Assembly (NCBI GenBank): GCA_043732305.1
Contig: JAYTHU010000177.1
Coordinates: 1-61,922 of the forward strand
Length of the DNA: 61,922 nucleotides
Direction of reading: 5' to 3'
Source of the DNA: Oligoflexia bacterium
GTDB lineage: Bacteria; Bdellovibrionota; Bdellovibrionia; JABDDW01
In this document: piece after piece, positions 1-9,555 of the stretch
Position numbering within the stretch: the first letter of the stretch is position 1
Layout of the letters: every line of letters begins with the position of its first letter
Program-made: the position numbers and the translations under genes
Notes under the pieces: generated by a model
The model's database searches: none
What the model was told of the DNA's origin: nothing
The model's input: the letters and a program-made list of their open reading frames with translations, nothing else

Positions 1-555
1 TAGAAACCAATAAATCAAATCGAGAATGTGCACACCCTGATCGAGGAGTTCACCGCCCCCTCCCACTTCTGGAAGAGAACGCCATTCTTTTTCATATCCT
101 ACTCTAGCCCCATGACCATACCGCGCTCGCAGAAACATCATTTCACCAAGCTTACCTTCATCAATGAGCTCACGAGTTTTAAGCAGAGCTGGATGAAAGC
201 GATGGTTGAATCCAACTTTCACGGCGACATTTTTTTCTTCGGCGATTTTTTGAATTTCTAAAAGTTGGGCAAGTGATGTTGCTCCGGGCTTTTCTACCAG
301 AACATGTTTTCCTGCCTGAACACATTTTTTAGTTAGTGGCGCGAGCTCCATGTTGACAGATGCAATAATGACAATATCTGCGCCTGAAAGCTCAATCAAT
401 TCTTTTTCAGATTTAAACGCGATCGCGTGAAGCTCTTTTGCAAGATTATCTGAACGAGTTTTATCGGGATCATAGACGCCCACGATTTCGTGCGGAGCCA
501 CTTGCAGTCCACGTTTTTTGCCAATAAAGCCACATCCAAGAATTGCTATTTTCAT
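1..555 (-). CDS. Gfo/Idh/MocA family NAD(P)-dependent oxidoreductase (runs off the left window edge; not in the ORF track)
   Basis: Manual translation from ATG at 555: MKIAILGCGFIGKKR... (Rossmann GxGxxG), later ...MFLRARYGHGARVGYEKEWR..GGGELLDQGVHILDL, typical of the family. Confidence 0.85.
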   Translation of the reverse strand, partial: MKIAILGCGFIGKKRGLQVAPHEIVGVYDPDKTRSDNLAKELHAIAFKSEKELIELSGADIVIIASVNMELAPLTKKCVQAGKHVLVEKPGATSLAQLLEIQKIAEEKNVAVKVGFNHRFHPALLKTRELIDEGKLGEMMFLRARYGHGARVGYEKEWRSLPEVGGGGELLDQGVHILDLIYWFL

Positions 556-569
556 TTGTAAACCTTCTA

Positions 570-1427
570 TTATTTTTCGAAAACTTTAGGGCGATCTTCC
601 ATGGTGATTCGGCGAATAGTGAAGACATCGCTTTTTTCGAATTGTGGGCCGAATTCATCCATCTTCTGCCACGGATCCCAAATAGCTGATATCAATCTTC
701 CCGTGACGAGAGAGGATTTTTCACTCAGCAAGTAAACTGCCAAATCTCCCGCTTTGTCTGGATTCGCTCCACCCTCTTCTTTTTGCTTGAGGGCTTTTTC
801 ATACACTTCTTTTCCAGCTTTTTCCGGACCCGCTTGAATCAATTCATCAGTCAACTTAGTGTTAACTGCCCCAGGGGCGATAGCGTTGACGGTGATATTG
901 AATTCTTTAAGTTCATGCGCGATGGTCTCACCAAATCTCACGACGGCAGCCTTGGTCGCGCAATAGCTGGTGAATCTTGGAAGCGGTTGAGTCGCGCCTC
1001 CACCAGACATCAGGATGATTCGACCAGGTTGGTTTTTAGCGATCACACTTTGTGCAAATATTCGGCAGGCTTGTGCCGTTCCATACAAATTTATCTCAAC
1101 ACTTTCTTTCCAATGTTCCCATGAATTTTCTAAAAAAGTTCCGATGGGTCCGTAGATTCCAGCGGCAGTCACGAGACCATATGCGTCCGCATCGACGATA
1201 CTCGCAGTTTCTTCCATCCATTTTCGCATTTTAACAGTGTCAGTGACATCAAGTTGAATAATGTGAATTTTTCCACCAGATAGGTTTTTAGTTTCCTCGA
1301 GTTCATTGAGAGATCTTGCGCAACCGCTGACGGAATATCCAGCTTCAGAAAGTTTCAGCGCGATTGTTCGGCCAATACCGCGTCCTGCGCCCGTCACAAA
1401 AACAAGTTTTCTTTTTTTGTCGCTCAT
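570..1427 (-). CDS. SDR family oxidoreductase (classical)
   Basis: TGAGRGIG, YCATK catalytic motif, VNAIAPG. Confidence 0.9.
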   Translation of the reverse strand: MSDKKRKLVFVTGAGRGIGRTIALKLSEAGYSVSGCARSLNELEETKNLSGGKIHIIQLDVTDTVKMRKWMEETASIVDADAYGLVTAAGIYGPIGTFLENSWEHWKESVEINLYGTAQACRIFAQSVIAKNQPGRIILMSGGGATQPLPRFTSYCATKAAVVRFGETIAHELKEFNITVNAIAPGAVNTKLTDELIQAGPEKAGKEVYEKALKQKEEGGANPDKAGDLAVYLLSEKSSLVTGRLISAIWDPWQKMDEFGPQFEKSDVFTIRRITMEDRPKVFEK

Positions 1428-1440
1428 AGGTAATTCCTCT

Positions 1441-2835
1441 TTATTGAACTACAGGTTTGCCGGGAACAATCACATCAAATTTTGGTTTAAGATTATTTTT
1501 AGCGAAAAGATTTTTCGTGTCGATGATCAAAGGCGTTTTCATTTCGATTTTATTAAAATCAAATTCTGTGAATTGCGGCCACTCGGTGACGACAACCGCA
1601 GCGTCAATATTTTTAAGGAGTGACAGGTCCACACTTTGCGTCCAATTTTCTGCTGAACTTTTCAAGGGAAGCATTTCGAAAGGGAGATCCTTGCGCTCTT
1701 GAGAAGTCAATTCGTCTAGGTCTGCCATTGGATCAAGAGCCACGCAGTGTGCTCCTAATGATTTGAGTAAAGATCCAACCTCTAATGCCGGGGATCTTCT
1801 CACGGTGCTGGTGCCAGGTTTATAGGTGACACCAAAGAGCAAAATATTTTTCCCTTTGAGATCATGAAGCTTTGCTTTTAATTGGGAGACGATCCAATCA
1901 TTTCTTTCTGTATTCACTCGATACAAAGTCGAAAAATAATTATTTTCACCTTTGTCGCCCATGACTACCGCAAACTTGCTTAAAGTCTTCACGTCACGAG
2001 CAAGTGTTCCACCGGAAAATCCTAAACCCGGTCGCAAAAATGCTTTTGGCCCAACACGAGTATCTTGCTTGAGACTACTCATGACATCCCAAGCATCGGC
2101 ACCGCGGCCTTCGCATATTTCAGAAACTTCATTGGCAAAAACCACGCAAGTTGCCAGAAAAGCATTGAGCGCGTGCTTCACCATTTCGGCACTCTCAAGA
2201 CTCATGATATTGATTGGAGTTTTTTCGTCTCTAATTAGAGCACGGAATAATTTTACTCCAGCTTCTCTTTTTGCAGGATCACTTTCATGAACCCCCACAA
2301 CCATGCGGTCAGGAGTTTTGAAAGATTTGAGAGCTTCTCCTAGGCGAAGATTCTCTGGCATATAGAAAACAAATCCCTTCCATCTAGGGTTAGCTTCTTT
2401 GATTTTGGATAAAAATCTCCGTGAGGTGCCCACTGGCAATTGCGCAGTGAAGAAAAAATGGCAATCGTTTTTGAATCCAGTTTTCATGACTTCATTGAAA
2501 CCTTCTTCAACCACATCGAAAACAATTTCATCTTTGTCATTCACGGGGGTGTCGTAGGTGAGCATGATCCAATCGGCTGTTTTTGATGCTTCAGCTAAAC
2601 CAGACGCTGACTTTAGGGCAGCGGCCTCGCCGGCCCAAAATATTTGGGTTCCCCAATACTTTTTCACGAGATCGTCGAGACCAGGCTCATGAATGGGAGC
2701 TGCGCCCTTGCTCCACTTTTCGGCGATTTTAGAACTTTGATCCCACATAAAAACTTTGTTTCCGCTATCGGCCACACAAGCGCCAACCACTGAACCCAAA
2801 TGCCAAGACCCAATCATTAATACGTTTTGGCTCAT
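1441..2835 (-). CDS. UDP-glucose/GDP-mannose dehydrogenase family protein lacking the catalytic Cys (LmbL-like)
   Basis: PIHEPGL, PENLRLG, AEMVKHALNAF, GVTYKPGT; GFSGGTLARD where GxGGxCxPKD is expected. Confidence 0.85.
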   Translation of the reverse strand: MSQNVLMIGSWHLGSVVGACVADSGNKVFMWDQSSKIAEKWSKGAAPIHEPGLDDLVKKYWGTQIFWAGEAAALKSASGLAEASKTADWIMLTYDTPVNDKDEIVFDVVEEGFNEVMKTGFKNDCHFFFTAQLPVGTSRRFLSKIKEANPRWKGFVFYMPENLRLGEALKSFKTPDRMVVGVHESDPAKREAGVKLFRALIRDEKTPINIMSLESAEMVKHALNAFLATCVVFANEVSEICEGRGADAWDVMSSLKQDTRVGPKAFLRPGLGFSGGTLARDVKTLSKFAVVMGDKGENNYFSTLYRVNTERNDWIVSQLKAKLHDLKGKNILLFGVTYKPGTSTVRRSPALEVGSLLKSLGAHCVALDPMADLDELTSQERKDLPFEMLPLKSSAENWTQSVDLSLLKNIDAAVVVTEWPQFTEFDFNKIEMKTPLIIDTKNLFAKNNLKPKFDVIVPGKPVVQ

Positions 2836-3809
2836 ACGCTCAAAACCTTGGCCCCTTCAAAATCGAATTTAAATCGCACTTCTTCCAAGCCTTCTTTGGC
2901 CATCGCGCCTCTCAAACTCTCGTGGTTTTTAGTATAGAACATTAGAAATCCGCCGGAGCCGGCACCAATTAATTTTCCGCCGATAGCACCGCTATCGCGA
3001 GCCACATCATAGGCTCGATCAATTCCAGACTTGGACATTCCACCGGAACGTTTCTTTTTATTTTCCCAATGAACATGCATGAGATTTGCAAATTCTTTGA
3101 GATCGCCAGCTTCTAACGCCCTCTTTGAAGCTTGGCCTAATTCTTTTGTGAAATGCAAATTGTTGATCATTTCCACATCGGCATTTTCCGTTTTTGTTTT
3201 TTGATCCGACAAAACATTAGATGCTGAACGGGAATAGCCCGTAAAAAACAAAAGCAAATCATCTTCTAAACTGTGCAATGTCTGTTGAGAAATTTTCAGA
3301 GGCTTCACTTCCACAGTGTCATCTTTGTGAAAGATAAAAGAGGTGATTCCTCCAAACGCGGCAATGTATTGATCTTGTTTACCGATAGGCTGTTTCAACT
3401 TATTGATTTCGATGTCGCACGCTTCAGACGCTAAGTTTTCAGTGAGAATATGTTCGCGCTTGTAATAGGAGAGCGCTTTTAGAAGTGAAACTGTGAACGA
3501 ACCCGAAGAGCCCAAACCCGTTCCATCAGGAATATCGGCAAGACTGACAATCTCCAACTGAGGATCTATTTTATGAGAAAGCAATGCTTCACGAATGATC
3601 GGATGCTTGATTTCTTCGATCGTACTCACTCTCTCAAAAAGTGAGTACTTAATAATAAACTCTTTTGGAAAAATTCTATGAAGACCAATGTAAATATATT
3701 TATCGATTGCAGCGGCGACTAACTCTCCACCGTATTTGCGATAGTAAGACGGAAGATCAGTTCCACCACCACCAAAGGTTATTCTTAACGGCGCACGAGT
3801 TAGAATCAT
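2832..3809 (-). CDS. GHMP sugar-phosphate kinase (HddA/LmbP-like)
   Basis: APLRITFGGGGTD, PDGTGLGSSG, GKQDQY, GGKLIGAGSGG. Confidence 0.9.
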   Translation of the reverse strand: MILTRAPLRITFGGGGTDLPSYYRKYGGELVAAAIDKYIYIGLHRIFPKEFIIKYSLFERVSTIEEIKHPIIREALLSHKIDPQLEIVSLADIPDGTGLGSSGSFTVSLLKALSYYKREHILTENLASEACDIEINKLKQPIGKQDQYIAAFGGITSFIFHKDDTVEVKPLKISQQTLHSLEDDLLLFFTGYSRSASNVLSDQKTKTENADVEMINNLHFTKELGQASKRALEAGDLKEFANLMHVHWENKKKRSGGMSKSGIDRAYDVARDSGAIGGKLIGAGSGGFLMFYTKNHESLRGAMAKEGLEEVRFKFDFEGAKVLSV

Positions 3810-4783
3810 TTAGTTTCTCCTGCAGGACGTCTATCCAATACCCACTTATTTTCTAGCAAGTAGCTGAGAGTTTCCTGAACACTGTCTTTCGCGTTGTGTT
3901 TAGCGCTCCACCCAGTATTTTTCAGCTTGCTGCAATCGAGGAAAATAAAAGGACTGTCCCCAACCCAACCGCGTTCACCGCCGGTGTATTTTCTCTCTGG
4001 AGAAACACCCATGTGCTTAGTGATAATATCGAGTGATTCATCCACGTTGATGTGCTCATCGGGCCCAAGATTAAAAATATTTATTTTTTCGTTTTGTGTA
4101 CCCAAAATATGCCAAATGGCTGCGAGACAATCTTTGATGTTCAAATAGGCTTTGCGCTGCTTTCCATTTCCCAAAACTTCAATGGCCGTAGGATCCTTCA
4201 GAATTTTTTGTGCAAAATCGTATATGTGACCATGAGTGTAACGATCGCCCAAGATAGAAACGAATCGGAAAATATATCCTTTGATGCCGTAGCCTTCAGC
4301 ATAAGCTTGTAAAAGCGCTTCACCGGAGAGTTTGCTCGCAGCATAGAGGCTTGTTTGAATCGGAAACGGGCAATTTTCTGGAGTCGGGAAAACGGTAGGT
4401 TCTCCGTAAACTGACCCAGTACTGGAATAAGCAATTTTCTTAGCTCCGGCTAAACGCGCCGATTCCAAAACATTAAAAGTAACAGTTGTTCCTTGTTCCA
4501 AATCTTTTCGTGGATGCTCCAAACCAAAACGCACATCGGCGTTTGCGGCCAGATGAATCACTACATCAGGTTTGGCTTTCGCGAAGACATCTTTAGTTTT
4601 TTCAAAATCAAACAGATCAACTTCAAATAATTTGTACTTTGGATTCTTCAGGGCATCGACGATAAATTCTCTCTGACCCGTTACAAAATTATCTAGCCCG
4701 GCAACTTCGCAACCTTGTTTAAGTAGAAAATCAACAAGGCTACTACCAATAAATCCGGCGGCTCCGGTGACTAGATATTTCAT
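3806..4783 (-). CDS. NAD-dependent nucleotide-sugar epimerase/dehydratase
   Basis: VTGAAGFIG, HLAA, YAASK. Confidence 0.9.
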   Translation of the reverse strand: MKYLVTGAAGFIGSSLVDFLLKQGCEVAGLDNFVTGQREFIVDALKNPKYKLFEVDLFDFEKTKDVFAKAKPDVVIHLAANADVRFGLEHPRKDLEQGTTVTFNVLESARLAGAKKIAYSSTGSVYGEPTVFPTPENCPFPIQTSLYAASKLSGEALLQAYAEGYGIKGYIFRFVSILGDRYTHGHIYDFAQKILKDPTAIEVLGNGKQRKAYLNIKDCLAAIWHILGTQNEKINIFNLGPDEHINVDESLDIITKHMGVSPERKYTGGERGWVGDSPFIFLDCSKLKNTGWSAKHNAKDSVQETLSYLLENKWVLDRRPAGETK

Positions 4784-5490
4784 TATAAGGTGAACCCCGC
4801 TTTAGAGGCATCGTCATAAAACATTTTAACTGTCTCAAGTGAAAACTGAGTGAGATCTTTTCCGCGGCCAGCAATTTTCTTAATCAAATCATCAGTCATG
4901 GTGATGATGTGACATCCACATTCCTCAGCTTGATAACAATTCAAAACTTCACGAGGTGAAGCCCAAAGAACTTTTGCTCCGGGATGGTTCTTGTACATCT
5001 CGACAGTCTTCAACATCACGGGAATAGGATCTACTCCAGCATCAGCAATGCGACCGGCAAAAACAGAAACAATGACATCGTCATTTGGCTTCATGACTTC
5101 TCTGAGTCCGACAAGTTGCTTTTCTGTGAAGATAGCGGTGACATTAAGCTTTGTGCCTTCGGCCAACAATTCTTTGATGAGATCTAGAGCGGGCTCACTC
5201 TTGGTGTTGGTGATGGGAATTTTAACATTCACGTTTTTGCCCCAATTTTTAATTTTGAGAGCTTGGCGCTTCATTTCTTTGAAATCGTCAGAGAAAACTT
5301 CGAAAGAAATAGGAAGATCAGTGATGACCTCTAGAACACTTTTAGCGAATGCTTCGTAATCTTTAATTCCAACTTTAGCCATTAAAGTAGGATTAGTTGT
5401 GAAACCCTTCACAAATCCTTCTTTGTAGCGTTTGATCATTTCGTCTTTGTTGGCACCGTCAGCGTAGACATGAATTTTTGTTTTTTGCAT
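4783..5490 (-). CDS. Transaldolase family protein (short TalC/FSA type), embedded in a sugar operon
   Basis: GFTTNPT, VNVKIP (Schiff-base Lys), LNVTAIF, SVFAGRIAD, LWASPRE. Confidence 0.9.
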   Translation of the reverse strand: MQKTKIHVYADGANKDEMIKRYKEGFVKGFTTNPTLMAKVGIKDYEAFAKSVLEVITDLPISFEVFSDDFKEMKRQALKIKNWGKNVNVKIPITNTKSEPALDLIKELLAEGTKLNVTAIFTEKQLVGLREVMKPNDDVIVSVFAGRIADAGVDPIPVMLKTVEMYKNHPGAKVLWASPREVLNCYQAEECGCHIITMTDDLIKKIAGRGKDLTQFSLETVKMFYDDASKAGFTL

Positions 5491-5521
5491 TTTCTTTTTC
5501 CTTTGTCAGCTCGCATGAGCT

Positions 5522-6136
5522 TTAAGTTTCTAAAATTATTTTTACGGCTTCCGCTAAATTTTTAACTTTATGATCTGGTTTGGCCTTTGCGATATCTTGT
5601 TCGTTCTTTTGACCACGTTTTTTTTCTGAGTCCGGATTCTCGATTAAAATGGTTTGGCATCCTGCCAGTTTTCCACACTCAATGTCTGTGTCCTGATCAC
5701 CGATCATCCAAGAGCTGCCCAAATCTAAAACGTATTGCTCCGCTGCCATTTTAAGAAAAAACGGACTTGGTTTGCGACATTCGCAGAGCATGGTCCATTC
5801 AGGAAGGATACCTCGAGGGTGGTGATAACAATAGAAAGAATCTCTCACAGAAACCCCTTCGGCCTCAAGATTTTCCATGACTGACAATGCTATGCGTTTA
5901 ATTTCTTCTAAAGTGGTTTTGCCTTTGGCATAGCTGGGCTGATTGGAGACGATGAAAATCTCAAAGCCCTTGTCCTGGGCTGCTTTCATGGCATGAGCCG
6001 CACCGGAAATCATTTTTAGGTCTTTCAAATGATGCGGAGATTCGAACTCACCCGTTTTGGGATTGAAAATGAGATCGTTGATCACGCCATCACGATCGAA
6101 GAATATAGCCTTTACTGCTTGGTTAGCAGATGGCAT
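5522..6136 (-). CDS. HAD-IIIA sugar-bisphosphate phosphatase (GmhB/LmbK-like)
   Basis: FFDRDGVIN, VSNQP, CYHH...CECRKP zinc motif, MIGD..TD. Confidence 0.9.
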   Translation of the reverse strand: MPSANQAVKAIFFDRDGVINDLIFNPKTGEFESPHHLKDLKMISGAAHAMKAAQDKGFEIFIVSNQPSYAKGKTTLEEIKRIALSVMENLEAEGVSVRDSFYCYHHPRGILPEWTMLCECRKPSPFFLKMAAEQYVLDLGSSWMIGDQDTDIECGKLAGCQTILIENPDSEKKRGQKNEQDIAKAKPDHKVKNLAEAVKIILET

Positions 6137-6710
6137 TGACGATCATATGCCAAACGACACCTTGCCAACCTTCAGCGTGGGGGGTGATGTGCTTGTCATT
6201 AACCACTGGAATGAGAACGCAAACATCCGACATTTCCTTTGCGGCACCGCCGTTGCGACTGACGATGGAGAAGATTTTGGCCTTTTCCTGCTTTGCCAGT
6301 TCCATGGCTTTAACCAAATTCACCGACGTAGTAGCGGATCCGCCACCAACCGAGAAAATAAGTAGAGCGTCTTTGGGTCCAAGCTTGGAGACTTTCAGCC
6401 AATTGCTGAAGACGACTTCCCAGGATTCATCGTTCACGCGCGCAGTAAGCTCAGAGACGTTGTCAGTTGGAGCGTAAGTTTCTATGTTAGCAATTTTTCT
6501 GAAATCGTTGACCGCATGAGAGGCGTTTCCGGCACTGCCGCCAACTCCAAGGATGAACAGTCGGCCGCTGCGTTCCCGCAGAGCTTTGAGCTCAATGATC
6601 ATTTGGGCGATGGACGCCTTATCAATGGTCTCCGTGATCTGTTGAGTCTCTTGAAGATAAGTGGACACGTAGGACTCGTAGTTCGTCATTGAATTTTGGC
6701 TATTTTGCAT
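6123..6710 (-). CDS. SIS-domain phosphosugar isomerase (GmhA-like, divergent)
   Basis: GVGGSAGNASH, LTARVND, FSVGG; GmhA-like length. Confidence 0.85.
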   Translation of the reverse strand: MQNSQNSMTNYESYVSTYLQETQQITETIDKASIAQMIIELKALRERSGRLFILGVGGSAGNASHAVNDFRKIANIETYAPTDNVSELTARVNDESWEVVFSNWLKVSKLGPKDALLIFSVGGGSATTSVNLVKAMELAKQEKAKIFSIVSRNGGAAKEMSDVCVLIPVVNDKHITPHAEGWQGVVWHMIVNAIC

Positions 6711-6805
6711 TTTTGCGGTTCCCTCTATGAAATTTAACTATTTTTAATTGAAAAGCTATTATATCGTCAAGCTAATCTTATTTAAATCATTGAGCAAGAG
6801 GTCCA

Positions 6806-7933
6806 TTGAACCTGCTGATCGTTCATAGAAATTACCGACATAAAGGCGGAGAAGATTTCTTTCTTGAAAATGCACTGCTGCCTGCACTCGATAAACTACA
6901 AATACCTTACATTCTTTTTCGTCTTCCAGCTCTGTTTTCACAGGATTTGGTTGAGTCTTTAGCCGAGATCTCTTTCATGGCGCTGGGCTTAGAAACATGG
7001 CGTCCCAGTTACTTTAGGCTGAAAAAAATAATTCGACAAAACCCTCATCTGTCCCATGCTCTTCTCAATAATTGCGTGCCCACAGTCAGTTTAAAAACCG
7101 CAATGGCCTGCAAAAAAAAGGGACTTAAACCCCTCATGTGGGTTCACAATGCCCGCGCTTATTGCGCCAACGGCCTTTTGTTCAATGGCAAAACGCCTTG
7201 CAACAAATGCGTCACCCAAGGAAGCAGACAAGCGTTTTTACAAAACTGTTATCAGAACAGCGTTCAATCTTTTATCTACGCCCTCGTGTATCGATTCAGG
7301 CGAGTTTCTAAAATTCTAGCGCGTTCTGTGGACTTATTTATATGCCCATCAGAATACACGGCTACGAATTTACAAAAAGCCATGACTGACATTTCCCCGA
7401 TAAAAACTGTTGTCATCCATCACCCCTTAAAACCTTTGGCGTCATCTGTAAAAACTGAATCTAAGCCATCACTAGCTAGAGTTTCTGAACCATTCTATCT
7501 TTTCCTTGGAAGGGTTTCTCACGAAAAAGGAGCTGATATATTTTTGAATTTAGCCAGGAAATATCCAGCGTCAAGCCATGTCGTTGCCGGCGAAGGACCA
7601 ATGCTGGAAACTTTAAAGAAAAAGAGTACACCGAATGTGATTTTTCTGGGCCAAGTTGGCGAGCTCGAGAAGAGATGGCTCTTTGAAAATGCGAAGGCAC
7701 TCGTGATCTGTTCGCGAGTTCCCGAGAATGCCCCTATGGTGATATTTGAATCTCATCCTTACGGCCTACCCGTAGTTTACTCTGAAGGCGGAGGGGCAGA
7801 GGAAATGGTCAAATTCTTAAAACGAACAGGATCACCACTGTCTCAATTTACCGGCCAGAATTTTGAGCGAACAGTGAGTCAAATCTCTGATACGAATAGC
7901 TATGAAGTCAGACTAAAAGAGCTTTTAACTTAA
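6806..7933 (+). CDS. Glycosyltransferase family 4
   Basis: HRNYRHKGGE, Cys-rich insert (C..G.LF...PCNKC), FLGRVSHEKG, ENAPMVIFE; TTG start after GAGG. Confidence 0.85.
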   Translation: MNLLIVHRNYRHKGGEDFFLENALLPALDKLQIPYILFRLPALFSQDLVESLAEISFMALGLETWRPSYFRLKKIIRQNPHLSHALLNNCVPTVSLKTAMACKKKGLKPLMWVHNARAYCANGLLFNGKTPCNKCVTQGSRQAFLQNCYQNSVQSFIYALVYRFRRVSKILARSVDLFICPSEYTATNLQKAMTDISPIKTVVIHHPLKPLASSVKTESKPSLARVSEPFYLFLGRVSHEKGADIFLNLARKYPASSHVVAGEGPMLETLKKKSTPNVIFLGQVGELEKRWLFENAKALVICSRVPENAPMVIFESHPYGLPVVYSEGGGAEEMVKFLKRTGSPLSQFTGQNFERTVSQISDTNSYEVRLKELLT

Positions 7934-7970
7934 TTCACGCCATGATAATGGTTTAACATCATTAAAAACC

Positions 7971-8780
7971 ATGGGGATAATTTTGGACACTATTGAGCTC
8001 TCACTCTTAATTCCAACTTTCAATGAAGCCGATATCATTGTGCATGCGCTCACGGAAATTTCCAAAGAATTTTCCGCCGAAGAAAAATTCAAAATCGAAA
8101 TTTTAATTGTGGATGATGGAACCGACGAACTCACCCATGTCGTTGAAAAAATGGGAAACTCCTTAAATTTCGCGAGCGTTTCCGTATATCGAAACTCTCC
8201 ACCCTTGGGAAAAGGTAAGTCTCTAGCCCTTGGTTTTGAAAAAGCAAAAGCCCCCATCACAGGTTTTTTGGACGTGGATTTATCAACACCACCGCATTAT
8301 ATCAAGGGAGCCATGAAATGCATTGCGGATAACAAAGCAGATATTTACATCGGATCTAGACGCGGCGAAGGATCACATGTCGACCGAGAGCAATTTTTTC
8401 TTAAAGACATTCTTGGAAAATTCTTAGGCGTGATTGCTAGAGGAATTATATTTAGCGGCATGCGTTCATATCAAGACACCCAGTGCGGATTTAAATTTTT
8501 CAAAACCCCGCTTACCCATGTTCTATATCACAATCTTATGGCTGGAGATGGTTTGAACGATCTTGAGGTTCTCATTCGCGCAAATCTTCTAGGACTCAGA
8601 GTTCAAGAAAAAGGTGTGATCTGGACCGATTTAAGAGAAAGTAAAAGATCACTTCGACGGATTCTATGGGGAGAAATGGTGGCTATCACCAAAATAATAT
8701 TCAAATACAAATTTTCCCCTGGTACTCAAAAAGCAGTTTTGAGAAAACTTTCTGAAGCAAAGAGAGTCACCTTATGCTGA
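7971..8780 (+). CDS. GT2 polyprenyl-phosphate glycosyltransferase-like (ALG5/DPG type)
   Basis: IPTFNE, VDDG, GKG, DVDLS, DTQCGFK. Confidence 0.8.
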   Translation: MGIILDTIELSLLIPTFNEADIIVHALTEISKEFSAEEKFKIEILIVDDGTDELTHVVEKMGNSLNFASVSVYRNSPPLGKGKSLALGFEKAKAPITGFLDVDLSTPPHYIKGAMKCIADNKADIYIGSRRGEGSHVDREQFFLKDILGKFLGVIARGIIFSGMRSYQDTQCGFKFFKTPLTHVLYHNLMAGDGLNDLEVLIRANLLGLRVQEKGVIWTDLRESKRSLRRILWGEMVAITKIIFKYKFSPGTQKAVLRKLSEAKRVTLC

Positions 8781-9553
8781 AACTTTCCATCATTATTCCT
8801 GTTTTCAATGAAGCGCGCACTTGCGAAGAACTTTTTGCAGAAGTGTTGAAAAAGCAAATCCCTGGGTTTACTAAAGAAATTATCGTTATTGAAAGCAATT
8901 CGACGGATGGATCCCGAGCGCTGGTACAAAAATTTGCTCAAAATGCTGACGTGAAACTCATTTTGCAAGACTCACCCAAAGGAAAAGGATTTGCCGTACG
9001 CGCAGGCTTCAAAGAGGCAACCGGGGATATCATTTTAATTCAAGATGCCGATCTTGAATATGATGTAAATGATTATGACAAATTGCTTGTGCCAATTGCT
9101 GAGGGAAAAACAGACTTCGTTTTAGGTTCGAGACATTTAGGAAAAGAAACTTGGCAGATTCGTGCTTTTAAATCTTATCCTGGCACAACTCTAGCGATGA
9201 ATTTCGCTCACACGGTGTTTACTCTTATTTTCAATGTTCTCTATCGTCAGAAAACCACAGACCCCGCCACCATGTTTAAAGTTTTTAGGCGGAGCTGCCT
9301 TCAAGGAATTGATTTTCACTGCATGCGTTTTGATTTCGATTTTGAGCTCGTGTGCAAGCTAGTGATGAAGGGTTACACACCCATAGAAATTCCAGTGAAG
9401 TATGAATCACGTGGGTTTGCCGCAGGTAAGAAAGTTCGTTTTTTTCGCGACCCCATTACTTGGGTTCGCGTCTTATTTATGCTACGACTTCAAAACTCGT
9501 TTGCTCCCTCACAGGCTCCTCAAAAAAAAATTCCAAGTAACTTGAGCAAGTAG
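8774..9553 (+). CDS. GT2 DPM1-like glycosyltransferase
   Basis: IPVFNE, STDGS, GKGFAVRAG, QDADLEY, EIPVKYESR..GKK. Confidence 0.85.
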   Translation: MLKLSIIIPVFNEARTCEELFAEVLKKQIPGFTKEIIVIESNSTDGSRALVQKFAQNADVKLILQDSPKGKGFAVRAGFKEATGDIILIQDADLEYDVNDYDKLLVPIAEGKTDFVLGSRHLGKETWQIRAFKSYPGTTLAMNFAHTVFTLIFNVLYRQKTTDPATMFKVFRRSCLQGIDFHCMRFDFDFELVCKLVMKGYTPIEIPVKYESRGFAAGKKVRFFRDPITWVRVLFMLRLQNSFAPSQAPQKKIPSNLSK

Positions 9554-9555
9554 AC

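Noticed and set aside
4783..5490. Housekeeping pentose-phosphate transaldolase
   Set aside because: Overlaps the epimerase start inside a sugar-nucleotide operon, so a dedicated role is more likely, though not proven.
1..6710. Lincosamide antibiotic cluster
   Set aside because: No amino-acid moiety, condensation, thiol or resistance genes in the window; the context is surface-glycan genes.
9522..9530. A9 tract in GT2 (also the T9 at 50222-50230 in pseG) as phase-variation switches
   Set aside because: Both frames are intact, A/T runs are common in this AT-rich DNA, and the GT2 tract lies in the last few codons.
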